64,000 bases of DNA, taken from Phoronis australis (Eukaryota; Animalia; Phoronida). Location: contig NMRA01000089.1 in assembly GCA_002633005.1 (NCBI GenBank), positions 874,003 to 938,002 on the forward strand, given 5' to 3'. A program made the position numbers and the translations under genes. The stretch's first letter is position 1, and each line of letters opens with the position of its first letter. The notes under the pieces are model-generated. The model ran no database searches, was not told the DNA's origin, and saw nothing but the letters and a program-made list of their open reading frames with translations. Shown here in pieces: positions 12,701-27,700 of this stretch.

Positions 12701-15700
12701 AATGACGTGGACTATATTTGTCAGTTTAACTCATCAAATAAATAAGTCTTTGTAGTCTGCCCATCCACAAGGAGTCTTGAGGGGTGTATGAACTTTTTTC
12801 GTTGTTTGCTCGACTCGACTGGCTGCCAGGGTTCTGAAATTTTATCTTTTCGTGCCATTGAGTTGGTGTGACAGGTGTCGGGTAATCTGTGTTGTGCGTG
12901 TCTAGGTAAAGATTCAGTGTTTATCAATCATTATTGAAGGTTAATCAAGGATAAACATAGGTGTACACTGTCCGTTCCAGGGTATTTTGCTGTCTATTCC
13001 CATCGTGGAATCAATGAGTTATCCTAGCCACGTCTAAGTTTCTCTCAAAATTTTGATCAATCGCTATTTTTTGTTTTTGATTGAATTTCTTTGCTTGTGC
13101 TCCTACTGGATGATTATAATGGTAGAAGCAATAATGATGGCAGTGATAATGATAATGATATTGATAATAATGACAGTGGTTGTGATTTAAATCAGCCTTA
13201 TGGAAAATTATAATTGTTTCATCTGAAAAAGTTGCTGACAGTGTGTTATTTGGACGTTTTGTTTTTAGTTGGTGTGCTAAGTCAGGAACACAAGTTTGTG
13301 CTTGTGTTAAGATATTGGTTCATAAATGGCCTGTTGTGTTATTAGGTTGTTGTGTAATTGGTCCAACTGGGGCTCCAATGTGTTATGCATGATAACTGGG
13401 TATCTCGTATTTCAACCATGAAAACAGGAAACACCTGATTTGGGTGTCACGAAAATCAAACAAGGAGTGTATGACGAAACTGGTATGGATACCTAAGGTC
13501 AATCAAAAACAATACCAGATATAAACACTATGGAGTGCACGCGGTCGTTTGATGGAGTTAACTTCAATTGTACTGTGTGATGATCGTTGAAACAGAATGG
13601 AAGAAATATGTAAATCGACGAAGTAAGGTTATTTTGAATTTTGAAATGTTTTGTGTGAAGATTTGCTTCATCTTCGTTACAGCTTTGAAATGACTAGCCA
13701 TGTAGTCGGGCGTAAACATCTCCATGTGGATATCAACATTAAGGATATCTTGCCATTGAGAAGTCCCAGTTGTATCATTTTTATCTTGTTTAAACTGAAA
13801 AGTGTCTCTTTGGAGTTAATAGTCTTTTCCATCTATTATTCCAGTGATTTGGAGCAGTATTTGGTGGGCGTGGACTCTGACAGCGGCGGACTATCCAGTC
13901 GATCTTCCGAGTCACCAGACAACGTATTTGTTGAAGAAACTATTGCCTTGCCACAGTCCGTCGCAAAACTAGAGAGTGCGACCTGCACTCCTCGTTGTTC
14001 CTTCAATACAGATCCTTGTGAGAAAACTGTTGTTGGCGAACCTTGTTTGGTTACCTGTGAGTCACGCTGTTCGCAGGGTGAGATTGGTGAGCGTGACCTA
14101 AAACAGAACACAGAACCACTGAAAGAGATTGAAAGTGGTCAGGAAATTACCATTTCAACTGCAGAAGTTAGAGCTTCCGAAAGTCCTGTGCCAAAAAACA
14201 CCGATATACAACAGAATAGTTTGAGTGATGCGGAAACACAAATTATAAGTGAACTGGTAGAACAATGTTGTTGTTTGGAACCCAATTCAGATAAACGGCG
14301 TGTTGGAGTACCTGACTCTAGTGACGGAAATACCTCTCTGCAGGACACGGACAAACTTTCGTATTCATCCGCAGATGCTAATGTTGAAACGTCTGGAGAG
14401 GAGTTCGTAAAAGAGAATTTCTGTCTACATACTGAAGATTCTGAACATAAACAAAAGCTGGTCTCTGAGACCAAAGACACTGAGTTATTAGCAGGGAATG
14501 AAACAGAGGAACATAGTTTCTTTTTGCGGGAGTCATCAGGTAACCAGGGCCATTTTGAAACCGTAGAGGAAACGTCAAGGAATGAAGGAATTGTGAACAA
14601 AACTGAAATTGAAAGCTGTGATAACCATGAGGTGCAAAAGAGCAACATTCCACAGGTGAAGGAGGTAAGGTTGATACAGGTGTGTTCTGGATTACATTCA
14701 AATGTGCTAATTTCAAGAAATTTACATAACACTGTTGTGGCTATTCGTTTTACTTGGCGAGGGCTTCATTTTAGGTTTTCACTATCAAGCGACTTGGGGG
14801 AAGTCACGTACTAGGTCACTTTTTAATACGAGGAGATCTGTCTTTTTAAAAAGTCCCGACAAAGTGCGCCTGATTGAACGCGAGTTATTTGCACAATGCG
14901 CCATTCACAGAGTTTGTTTTTGTCTGGGCACAGTTGCATTGAAAATGTGTAACCCCTTTTAGTGCACGTTTTTTGAAGCAATTCCGCTCTGGCCATTGAT
15001 TGGCTGTTTTATGAGGGCTAGGCAAGGCCAAGGGATTCCAATTGGGCTTTGCTGTCTCGAAACCAGCGATTCTGTTCACGCCAGCTCATTGATGCATGCC
15101 TTTATTCTTGTTGATTCAGTTGTCCTATTCATTCATAAAACCTGTCGGCCATTGTTGCCACTTTTGTAGATCTTTTGTTTGTTTTTGAAATTGACACGTT
15201 TGACGTGTATAGCCTGATCCACTGCAGCCATCTGAGCTTGTTTTTCCTCAAAAATTAAATCACCAGCCTGTTTCGACAGTGAAAATTGTGTTTGATTGGG
15301 AGTTTGGTGACATGCAACTGCTGTTTCAACATGCTACAGGGGAATTATTTTTAATGGATTGTTTTGTGAAAAAATACTAGCCAGTTGTAAGCAAGCTTGG
15401 CCTTTATTCGAAATATTGGGGTGCAAATGAATAAATGCTAACAATTAGCACACACGGCTAGAGCTGAAGTGATTGCTTACGCCCGATTACACATTGTCTG
15501 AGATCACTTAAGGTCTTGCTATGCGGCTGCACAAACAAAATGTGACTCCACAAAGGTCATGAAAAAACCCTGCGTCCACCATTGCACACGCGACTTGACT
15601 GCATTATGTGCACGGCCGTTGGACTGGCAGTGGTTTTTTAACGCTCTGTCTGCTCATTCTCTCTGCTTGAGATGATTGGAGTACGGTCGTTTTGCACCTG

Positions 15701-18700
15701 CGAGTGTCCAGTCGTGTCGATTGCTTGTCACCACTGCCATCTTTCCCGCCCTTGGTGTATGTCTAGTTGCAAGATTCTCTTGCCTCGCATAACTACTTAA
15801 CTACATCTCTTCGTAGGCTGCCGTCTCTGAGGAGGAACATAAGGAGGTGCTGAAAGCGATTGACATGCTGGAGCGGCTGATCGAGTCGAGGCCCATCTGG
15901 TATCTGCCAAACGTGCGCCGGGCCACGGCCACTCAGCTGCTTAAGGACCAGGATGTTGGGGTAAATAGTGATGTGTATACATGTCGTTCACACGTTGTTT
16001 AGTTGAGTGTGTATGTGTGTGTGACTTGTTAGGCAGGATTTTTGTATAGTTTTGAAACAGGAATACAAATAGATAAAACAACATTGTATCGGGACATATT
16101 GGGATTTGACCTGTGGAATTTGAGTTTCTCTGTGGTCTACATCGTGCGTAGAGCATAGCATGGGATTATTGAATGTCCATGAACTAAAGCTTCAAATGTT
16201 CAAGGCAGTTGGCGAATATGAAATGAGGTCTGACTGTGTACGCTCGATAAAAGCTATGCAATTGGTCTTTTTTACAGTATGTTTGTACTGGGGTCATGAA
16301 CCAAGCACATACAAAAACTTTATAGACTAATATTCACGTCCAGTTGCGGAGAAAAACGTTGTAGTTATGCACGTTCTAGCAGTAGACATGAGGTTTGAGG
16401 AAAACAAAATTTGCATGTGTGGGTCTGTTTAGAGAAATTCCTCAATTCCTGGCAATCAGAAAACAACCTTTTGTTGTTGGAGTCTCTCATTTGCACTGTG
16501 GTACTAGGGTAATATAGTACGGTACTTAAGTTATAAATTCTGCACTGTGTGGTGGTGCACCTGGTGTCTGGTTGTCTGAGGTGATTGTGGTTTGTTTCAG
16601 GCTGCAATGATGACACAAAACCACTAGGTGTCATTGTGTAAATGTCAGTCTGGCCAGGCTTGAAATAACAAATGGCAGCAAGCCTCTTGTCTGGCTGTAA
16701 ATGCTGATTTAAACTGTCAAATTCAATCAGGGATTAATTACTCTAAACCACCTTCCTGCGGCAGAATGGCTTTGACAGCGTCACTTAACTCTGGTGTCCC
16801 AAAATCAAAAGAAATTGTCTGAGGTCTGTAAAAAGTGTCTGGGATATAATGGAGTCCTTTTAATTTAGTTGTCAACTGTTGAAACCCAGGTGATGGTGGA
16901 ACTTCAGGCGAGGCCGTGTCTTCTTTTGATCTTTGTGGGGTGGTTGGGGGCCTGTTAATACGAGTATATTTTACAAGCACTATAGCAGGGTTAGGTTTTC
17001 CTGAGAAAAGCCTTCAGTTGAATTTATAGTTTGGGATTTTATTGGATAACACTGTATTAGATGGAGTGACATTGCTTCGTCATAAAAAGCCATCAGGGAC
17101 TCACATTCAACTGTTGCCTCACTTGTGCTAATATCAGTTTGTTTGTGTCTTAAACTCCATCCTTAGATAAACGTTACTTTATTTGACATTGCTTTTACAG
17201 AGTGGCTTGTCATGCAGAGTTTTATTTTCCAAACTGCATATCTTGACCAATCCTGATGCGATGTAACTATGTTGATCTTCCACTGAAACCCTGGATTCTC
17301 AAATGCAATTTTTGAATTACCTTAACCCCATTTTCCTTTGCAATTCTAAACCTCTTGATTATTTTTGCTTGGTTGCTCTGTTGGCCCAGCTGACATTGTG
17401 AAGAGTAGGCGAACTAGATGATTTGATTGTATCCAACAATAACATACTGGCTGTAAGATTTCTTTTAATGGTTCTCAAGACCATGCCTATCACCCCCTGG
17501 AGGCTGTCTTTTCACCCAGGAAGCCCCAACTACTGGGCTTTACTTTGAAACATCAATTTTGTGATGAGTTTAGCCTTGAGGCATTTTCTGAAATTCCCTC
17601 CTGGTGAGACTCCAAGTGTGCAGATAAACTGTGTGTCAGTTGTGGAGAAGATATAATATTGATTGCCATGCATTGGTACAAGAATACTAGTCTTCACCCA
17701 GTCCCCCAGTTAGGACCCCACAACAACACGACTTAATGCACTTCAACCGATCTTGATTCATTTAATTATTACAGGAATCACATGACTCTTTAATTAGACT
17801 CTAAATTAACGTGGTATATGCAATGGGATTGCTCAGCTCAGTATCTGTATATCACTGAAGTTACATGACTCTTAATTTGAATCTGCGGAAAAGTCTGAGT
17901 AAGACCTGCAACACAGATATCCTTTTCTTTGAAAAACTTTTGCTTTTGGCTTGAAAGTTCAAAAATCCTTTGAAAATCTTTATTCGGGTATAATGTCTGA
18001 AACCGTCGTTTATGTAGAACCCATTTTTTTTGGAATGGGGGACCGTGTGCTTAGATGGCTGGTGTTGTACTATTAGGCTAGAATACTTTCGTGTCTAGGG
18101 TTTTCGAATCTGGGCAATACCTATGGGTTGTTTAATTATGTAGACCTACCTTTCAGGGTTTTGGATGACATGTTTTGCAACAAATCCCTCCGAGAGTGTC
18201 GTCGTGTTCTCCAAATGCATATTTTATGAATGTATGTGGTGTCTGAATTTTTTTCGAGATATATCCGCGATGCTATCTCTAGCCATAAAGGTAGGATAGT
18301 AGAAAAAAATTGTATATCATGGCATAGGGTGAAAAATAGTGCAGATTAATTCGTACTTTTTAGATTTCTGTTCTCTTGCTGATCTACATTCATGCTGTAG
18401 ACTAGTAGAATACCAGCACTGCTTCCTGGTTTCATAAGGCAAATGTCTGGCAGGAATTCCGCACAGTTAGGTAATGACAACAGGGCTGAACAATTGGTTT
18501 CAATAACATCACTTGGCCTGCAGCAAGCACCCTGTCTGGGCACATACTTTATTTCACATTTACAAGGTAGCTAATTTGAAGTGAATGATTTGTATTAAGT
18601 CAGCGCTATTTTCAGACAGCATTGTGTTGCGTTTTTTTACTTGTGAAAGGCGGTGTTTAATATATTGGTTTATCCTTGCATTCCATTCTGCTTAACTGCT

Positions 18701-21700
18701 TGTAAAGTCTTTTTTGTGCACCCTCGTGTGTAAGTAGTCTACCGCTTTCATCTCTCTGTCTCCTAGTCCCAGCATTCTTTTCGAAAAAAATATTGTGCGC
18801 TTTGCTATTTTGAAATCAGTTGCCAAAAATATTTAGGTCTTTTTGGAGTGAATATAGGCATCAAGTCTGTTTACTGCTTCAGTCTTGTTTTTTTTTTGCT
18901 TTACGTGTTTAATTGTTCACAATTGCTCCTGCCACGTGCCGCTATCGTTCAAGTTACACTTTTTTTAGATGGGACCACTAAGGTCCCTCAAAAATCAATT
19001 TCCCTTGTTTTAAGTGTATTTTGTGCTCAGTTGTTTTTGAGTTTTGTGTCATAAACTGCGAGAAAAGGTTAAAATATTTCACCGATGTTTTACTGTTTAC
19101 AGGTTTCAATTGTACAAAGCTGTTATAGTTTACATGAATTTGGCAACGTTCTGTGTGTGTGTCTGTGTTTGACAAAACAATCTGATGTACACAGCCCTAT
19201 AAAGAGCTAAAACTCTTGATTCTTAACAGAACTAATATTGTCTGATATACCAGCCAGGGTTCAGCCACAAAAATGTCCGCTATTCTAGGCTAGTTTCAGA
19301 TGGATTTACTTTAAAAATTAACTCCTGGCAGCCTGCATATCATGTGCGCGGAATGTGAGTGAACCCACCTTCAAAAGTGTTTTTAGATCATGATTGTAAA
19401 AAAGTGCTCTTAAAACCATGATTTCTTATTACACGGTTGCTATACTGTGTGTGAACTGAGCATCAAAAAGCATTACAACTGTGAGGTTCAGCTAGATTAT
19501 GTAAGTGGGTACCTAAAGTAGCACAAGTGTCTTGCTCAACAGAGTCAATAGTGTTGTGAAATTTGAGGATCTTAACACTTGCTACAGTCACACCATGTTT
19601 ACAATAAGCCATGATTTGTTTTCATTGAAACTTGACATGGGGCATGAGAGGATTATTTGTAATGTATACATCACTATATTTACGCAATAGTGCAGAGCAG
19701 CTTAACAGGAACACTGAGATGAGGCCAGCAGCCTACAGCCAGCAATGTATATAGCATTAGTGGCAATTGCTCTCTCATTCAATTACTTGGTTTCAACAAT
19801 TGTGGCTGTACCAATAAATAAAAGTGGGATATTTCTGAAGGAAGGGGGGAGAAATTCAACTTGCTTGTTGTGTTGGCAGTAACTGCTTCTGTAGGTTGGC
19901 TGCCTGGTTTATATGAAAGTGAAAGCCAGCTTTCAGCAGCTAAGGCCAAAGAGGGGTTCTTCTTAACTAGTGTCCGAGGATTTTAGTTTCATTTGAAACC
20001 ATGATTCGGAAATGCTAAAAATGCTATGAACATTCAAATTGCTTATCAAACGAATGACAACAAATTTGTATGGTTAAAACTTGGGATGCGCAATGATGAT
20101 TTCAACAGTATAAAAAAGTAGTACGGTAATCATTTGCATTACATTTGCACGTGTTAATAAGTCGAGTCAATGTGTCGTTGTAGATGTTCATGGTTCGCAA
20201 GTCTAGTCAGCCCAGTACTATGGCATTGTCAGTGCGAGTGCCAGGTGACAGTGGAACCCCTGTGGAGCATTACCTCATCGAGACCCCAGAGGATGGCTAC
20301 GTCAGACTCGATGGATCAAGTCATGTGTTTCCCTACCTACCGCTGTTGATCGCGCACTACTGCCAATACCTGTGAGTAAACGCCTCTTGGTGGCGTTGGC
20401 TTAGGCAATGTGGATAAAACAATTATGCTGTTGTACTTTTTCAGCTGCTTCTTAATGCATGCGTGAAAATGACGATTTCTTCGATCAGACATTAAGATAA
20501 TCACTTTTTTGTTAAAGTTAACATGAAAATCTGTGCTAAAATTAGTAAGGTGATCTTGACGTGCACGGGGCTGGTCTTCTGCAATTTATTTGTTACACCA
20601 CTTGTAGCCCTCCTGGAAAGGTTGATGTAAATCACTTAAATGATGTCCCTCCACCTGACCTTTAGAAGTTTCACAACTAAAGGCATGAGCCTGAGGTTTG
20701 AAGGGCTTACATGTCTTGATCAAAACAACAGTTGCCTTTTTCTCTGTTGATGTCTTCTTTGACTTGACCAACAGTCCTCTCAACCTTCTAAATTCTTGAT
20801 AGTGATTGATTTGTGTCAGCCTTGACCATTTTTCTTGTAGATAATTGACTGAATTTTTTTCTTGATTAAAGGGATGTCAGTGTAGGTCATTGTATACACT
20901 GGTGCCCTTTGCCTTGTAGCGGATTGCTATTGAAGCAGCTTTCGACTTACAAAAGTTTTTCTTTTTGGTTCTTTCGGAGCTGTGTAACTTTGGCGTAATG
21001 GTTTCAAGTTTCAGAAGCTTTCCATTCCAATTGGAGCTGGTAGTACAGTAAACACTTTCCAGTTTGGGACAGTACGTAAAATTCGGGACTTGGAAATCTA
21101 CGCCGAAATTTATTTTATATTCTGAAGCTTGGGACGTGGGCAACGTGGCATTCTTTCAAAATATCATCTGACACTGCCTTTTGTATCAAAAGACTTGGCA
21201 GTTAAAAACAGCTGCAAATGCAAGATTTTCATGCGTACCAATTGTGTGTAACGTGGAGTTGAATGATTGTTTATTGTAAACAATGAATATAGGACAGAAA
21301 GCATTGGCTATTTCTAAAATTTGGTGCAAGCTCCACAGAAATACGAGTCTAGGGTGGGGTGAGATCGAGTAATTTAAAAGTAACTTGGTATTTAGATTGT
21401 ATATTCTGTTTTAAAATTAAATTGGTATCACTTTGATGCTAAGGTATTTTCAAGTGGTTTCCGACTTAGCTTGAAATTTCAAGTATTGAATTACATATTC
21501 TGTTTTAGTTATAAATTGGTGTCTCTTCGATGAAGTTAAGGTGTTTTCAAATGGTTTGGAACCGAGGGTCATTGATGCCTGAAATCTTGTAGTTGTTAGA
21601 TGTGACCAACAGGTGACGTTCAAGAGACCAGTAGGAAATGCTTTACCATTGCCTTTAATTATGTGGTTGTAAGAGACATTCAGTGTATCACTTAGGCAAC

Positions 21701-24700
21701 AGATTTCATTGCATTGTTGGTTGTTGAATTCTGGCAGAACGTTAATGTAAAATAAATTTGTGGACCAATCCCTAACTGGAGAACATTCTCATTTCTTATG
21801 GAGATAATCAAATCAAACCTTTTACCTCGTGAACTAACCACTTGCAATCTAAGCTACAAAAAATACGAGAACAAAGCCACACGACTTCCTCTGTCTGGTG
21901 GTGTTTGACCGATTGTTTTTGTTGATAATGTGATCAAGATAGATAAATACTATAACGGTTCTAACAGGTGGCTGACTGAATTGAGACCACTGTGATTAGG
22001 TCTTTACTTGGTCTTTGATAGATGTTGACCAGCCGATGGTTGGTCATCGAAAAGCTCACCAATTTAGCAAAATTGGCGTGAGGTAGTTGAACATCCGTCA
22101 GCATGGGTTTGTGATTCATGTGTTTTGCATAAATCTGAGGTGTGTCTGCATGGGTAGGTCATATGTAAGGAGTGCATTTAGGCAGTGTAGGATTTGGAAA
22201 TTGTGGGTGCGGTATTGGGTATGGTTCTCACTTAGATGGAGTGGCAGAGTTTGAAATTGGCGGGTGTTTTGAAAGTTTTGGGCCAGAATCGGCCGGGAGA
22301 TTTGAACTACTTGGTTAGGTCAATCAGCATACTCTTCAGAATTGTGCAAGCAAGCAGCTAAAACTGTTGGCACAGAAATTTTTTGTTTGCGGTCAAAAGT
22401 TGACGAGACCACCATATCTGCTGTGCCATATTAGTGATGCATGTTTTGCTTATGGTGAGCAACAGTTGAAGATGAAGTTTGTTGTTAACACAATGTATCC
22501 ATAGTGCTAGTTTGTACTTCAGGAATGTGGGTTAACCACAAATCTGGGGACATTATGTCTACTGAAGAAACAAAAATGGCCACTGAATGCACACATCTGT
22601 TGGTCCATTGTATCATTGAATGGGTCTTCAGGGCTTGGCAAAGTTTTCCTTTGGTTACCTGCTTTTATTTGCTCCAGCTGTGACCCTGAAATTCTCATGG
22701 CTTTACTTGCTGTATGCATGTAGATGCATTATAGCACTGGGGCAAGATTGAATGTGTTTTCTACTCCACTAGTCGTGCACAGGTCCTTAAGCAGGATATG
22801 GGAATTGCGGGAAGACAGAGAGGTGGGAGTTCTTTCCAGTTGTATTTTATGGAGATGTTTTACTGGTGTTGCGGCTGTGTTCTTTTCTGGATCACTTTTC
22901 CTGTATGGTTTCTTTGCTTTATGTAGTTTACACTTGGTTGAAGATAGGGGAATTGCAACTATCTTATCTAGTGGTCACTCTGCATTCGTTGGACTGACCA
23001 TATGTTGAGTGCACTTGGTGATCAAGTCCCAAGTTCAGTTCCCTCCATTGTCTTCTCTGTTATCACCATCGCTCACATGCGTTATTGCAGGTGATTTGCA
23101 CTATGCCGCTGGTCAGAGGGTGTTAAATATGTTTGTTATGGTCACTTGTCCTGACTATAGTTCCTGGAATAGTATTTCCATAATCAAAACAGCTGGTCAT
23201 TGTGTTCTGTTACCCAACCTGCCCCAGTGACTGGCAGTGCATTGCCAGTGGTGTTGTAATCCACTGTAAGGTGTCTACAGTGGCCCTGAAGCCAGTTAGG
23301 TAATGGCATTAACAATTGGCCCAGAAGGCATACAATCGCCTCTTTGAGCTGCCACTGCTGCTGGCTAATATGTGAAAGATAGGTCGTTGGGTTCACTGGG
23401 TGCCTCGCGGCTGGACCGGTAACTGAGACGGCTGATCCAGGTGTAAGGTTGGCTCATGGTTTGGAGATATTGGACCAAGAGTAAGTGTTTTGAAGGTACT
23501 GCAGGTAATTTGAATTGCAAAAGTTTGTGTCCTGTGTCCAGGGTGGTGCTGTGTTGATTGGATAGGTCTGTGTATTCAGGTTCCCAAATCACAGATGCTG
23601 TGTAGGACTTGTGTTTCCATCTCTGACAATTTGTGGATACTTTCATTCATGGCAGCTTAGGTTGCAAGAGGTGAAGTTGGTCCGTTCCCTGAAGACAGGC
23701 CCGTCAGTCACAGCTCCTGTAGCTGCTAGTAGATACCACTCTGTGTTTTATTGTTAATTTCACTGGTGTTTTCATTCTCCTTTCAGAGACGAGTTGCCAT
23801 GCTGTCTGGTGCTGCCCCCTGTTGTGATGAATACACGTTCGCATCGTGAACTCACGTCGTTAGCTCTCCTCGGACAAGGTGAGTGGAACAGAAACTAATA
23901 GAGTACTTTCTCATCCTTTGAAATTAATACTGCCTAAAAATGAGACCATGTCTTGTGCTTAGGGATACTACTGTAATAGGTTATGGTATCATAAGGCAAA
24001 TTAAGTTGCGATAGGCTGTCCCGAGCATGGTTACTCATGACGGTTGAGAATTCTGAGCAAACAGCAAGTCTTTGTAGGGTGGAAGACATGCGATTTCATG
24101 CCCGTCACATTAAAGCTGATGGCATTAAGATAAAGAGTTGCCTAACAAAACAAGGTGTTTGTTTTCACTTTTTGCAAGTCTGTAATAATGCTTTGTTTAG
24201 TTTTTAGTCCTTGAGAGATTGTATCGCGCCATCATTTTGCGTTGTGATGACCATGATCATATTGGTTTCTCTTTGATGTGTATTCCAGTTTTTGTACTGT
24301 TTATTACTGTTAAATTGGCCTGTTCTAGCTAAAACCAATTTTGTGCAAATAGGCGTTGTTAATTAGCCATTGATCATTTAAGGTGAAAGAAATTATTTCC
24401 CTGGTATTTTTTCATAGAGGCTGTCCGTTTTTGTGTTGAGCTGTTGACAGCTCTTCCAGATGTGCAGTTACTGACCCTTGTATGCTTCTACTAAGAAATA
24501 ATCACTTGCTACCATGATAGTTGATAGACAATGCCTGGCTTTGTTCAGGCCAATTTAGAGATGCCCATATTTTCTGGGTGATGGAATGGGGCAATGGGGT
24601 CTCTGTGTGGTGAATGGTAGTCGTGCAAATGCCTGGTGTACTTTAAGATGTTTTTAGAAAACTACGTAGTTGCCAGTGTCGGTTTTCGCAAGGTGAATAC

Positions 24701-27700
24701 ATACTGCTGAGTTTGTTGTATTTATCAGATGTCCTGTCTGTCTGTCTGCCTGCTTGACTGTCTGCCTGTCTGCCTGCCCTCCTTTGCTTTCAGTTGCAAT
24801 GTGTTTTGTTGAAAAATCATAACCATGGTTCATTGTCAAAGAAGTGCCTCCTGAGTTAACAAGATTTTTTGTATTTAGTGTACGTTATCAGGCAAATAAA
24901 TAATTGGGCCCTTGTGGAAACCAGTATCTTACACTGACAAGATTACACTCCATTAAATATTACATTTGAAAAATTTAGAGATTAAATTTTTGTGTCTTAG
25001 GCATACATTAGATTTGCAAGTCTGCTGGTGTGAACTCGAAAAATGTTGGAATAACTGGGAAAATGTTGGAATAACTGAGTGTACGCTGAGCACTTTATTC
25101 GGATTTGATTCTGTATTGAGTCGTACCATTTATTTCATTTTCTTTTTGTTATCGGATTTCAAATTCTATCGTGAACATACTGTGAACAGCCTTAAGCTCA
25201 ATTTCGGCTGATTTGCTAAACACTCCCCCGTTAAAACAATATAAAAAATCTACTAGTCCATTATGTCAACCATCTGTTTTGTCTGTGCGGCTAATAAGTC
25301 GCACATTTATGATCAAATGACCGTCTGAGAAAAAGGGCTGGTCTCAAAACTTGTTAATCGCTGTTAGCTGGCAGATGTTGGGAAGCCTAGTTAGTCGAGC
25401 CACTCTAGTTGAACAAGCGGATTACGGTATGTTTTGGTAAAATAAGTTTGAAGACAATTTTTTATCAATTGTTGGGGCTAATGAATGATGTTAGCATTCT
25501 TGAATTTGGGATATGGTTGTGTTTTGTTTATATTATGTTGGTTGTGAAATTTATTAGAGATTTTGAAGTAATCTGCTAATTATTTATTATACCATTTATT
25601 ATACTGTTGTGGAGGTTTTGACAACATTTTAGGGTATGTTTTGTTACTTTTGTTGACATGTTGGTGTTGTCGTTTAGTCACTGGTCGAATGCATATTTGT
25701 TTGTACTAGAATGGTCGAATTAACCTTGATTTGATTCTAGAAAACGGCATTGAAAGAGTGATAAAATATTGAAATGGCTGAAAAGGACTTTTGATTTTAA
25801 GTTTGACTAATTAAATTTCAACTAATAAACTTTAGGAGGCTAAGCCAGACATCCTCAAATGATGAACAATTAAAAATAATAAGCACTGAGGAAGTGAAAT
25901 TTCTTAATTTTTCTGAATTTTGGCATGTTTGAAGTGTTTGCGCGTGCATGCCTGTGTTCTTACCTGTCTACAGTGTGCCTGGCTGTGTACTTACCTGTCT
26001 GCAGTATGCCTGGTTGTCATAACAGCTCCATACAATGGCGAGCACTGGGGCCTTATAATGGCCTGCCTTGTCCACAAGGTTATGTCCAGAAATCAAAACA
26101 TAAGAGGCCATACTTGTTGTTAAGTGCACCATTAAACACTGCTCAAGTGTCCTTCTCTTTCACCAGCTTGTCTGAAGAGCACTAATTTACACATTATATT
26201 GGTGTCTTGATCACCCTTTATGGTTGTGTGGCCCTGACTTGAATATACTGGGGATGTCTGCCTGCATCAAGACAGGTTGGATGACTCAACTGTGGTGGTC
26301 TTCTGTGCCCAGTGAAACAGTACCAAATAGGGAATGACTAAGTTCCCTAGATCTGCTGTGTACTTGTGTCATTCTATACTCACAAATATTATCTTCTATC
26401 ATTTTATCTCTATAAGCTATTCTATTGCTGATGACATTTTGTAATATTAAAGCTAAAATTTGAGCCCTTGTTATTTTAATGAAAATAAATGGACTCAATC
26501 CAGGGGGCACTGCATGAAAAGTTCCCGACTGATTTTCAATAATATTGAGAATTTAACGCAGAGTTCACTCTTGATTTGTATCAAAATCAAAAATTGACTT
26601 AGTAGCGCACAAGTAAAACATTAGAAGAAAGGACAATCAGTGGTTTCAAAAGTCCACAAATACACAGTAGATTTAAGTAATTTAGTGGAGTGCCTATTTG
26701 AGACTGTTTCACAGAACTGCAACTCACTGATGGACAGATGTTACTATTAGAACTTCTAACTTGGAAGTTTCTATGTACTACTCTGGTTTATAGTTTTTAA
26801 TATTCATTAGGACTTGGTAATGGCTGAGCTTGCAGGTTTGTGCTGCTGGACGGATTATTGTTGGTGGGAATGGTAAGGTACCTGGCTGGCTCTGTTCTGA
26901 ATTTATGCGGGATTGTTCTTGTTGAAGTAATCAAAAAGTTCTGGTGTTGAGGGAATTACCGAGCTGAAAAAAATTCTGGAGTTGTCGTGTTCATGCTGCC
27001 GTGTATTTTTGAGAATAGTGGCTACCAGGCTAAAAATTGTGTAATGGACTGGAAGTTGGTGAATTCATTGGAGTGTATACTGTGTAATTATGCACTTCAA
27101 CTGAGGTCAACATGTGGTGGTTTGCAGACCCCAAAATGTGGTGATGGCCCGGGAGCTGAGGTCATTATCACATTTTGGGGTCTGAAAATGAATGTATTGA
27201 CCTAAAGTGAAGGTCAAGATGATCATATATATATGCAATGGGGCTATTTTGGGCTTTTGATAGAATGTCACTCAGTTGGTCAATCATCTACCAATTTTAA
27301 CTTAAAATGGGAGATTTTTATTAAGAAAAGTTCCTGACGTTTTAAGGAATGTAGAAGACCATTACCTGTTATATATTTGGGAAAGATACTGTTTTGCAAT
27401 CACGCAATGGTCATTTAAATGTAAAACAGTAGACAAATATTTGGTTATATCAAAACATTTTGATCTGTGCCGGCACGCTCAAAGTGCACACAGGGAAGTC
27501 TGCACAAGTGACGGTGCTTTTAAATACACATCTTTTACACAATTGTGTGAGGGAACTGTGATGTCTTGATGGAGGTGTGCTTCTACCGAGGGCTTCATAA
27601 AAACAAACGTGATGCCAAAAACTGGATGCAGAAGTACTGGCTGAATTGACTTATAAAGAAGTTTTTTAGTTACTTGCTCGTGGTACACTGATGAAGTTCT

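Noticed and set aside
13836-14732. Minus-strand ORFs of 91-197 aa
   Set aside because: They are antisense shadows of the real + strand exon 3, with no recognisable motifs.
17917-17926. ATATCCTTT, matching a U12-type 5' splice site
   Set aside because: No upstream exon candidate and no matching U12 branch point or AC acceptor recognised; the gene model is complete with GT-AG introns.
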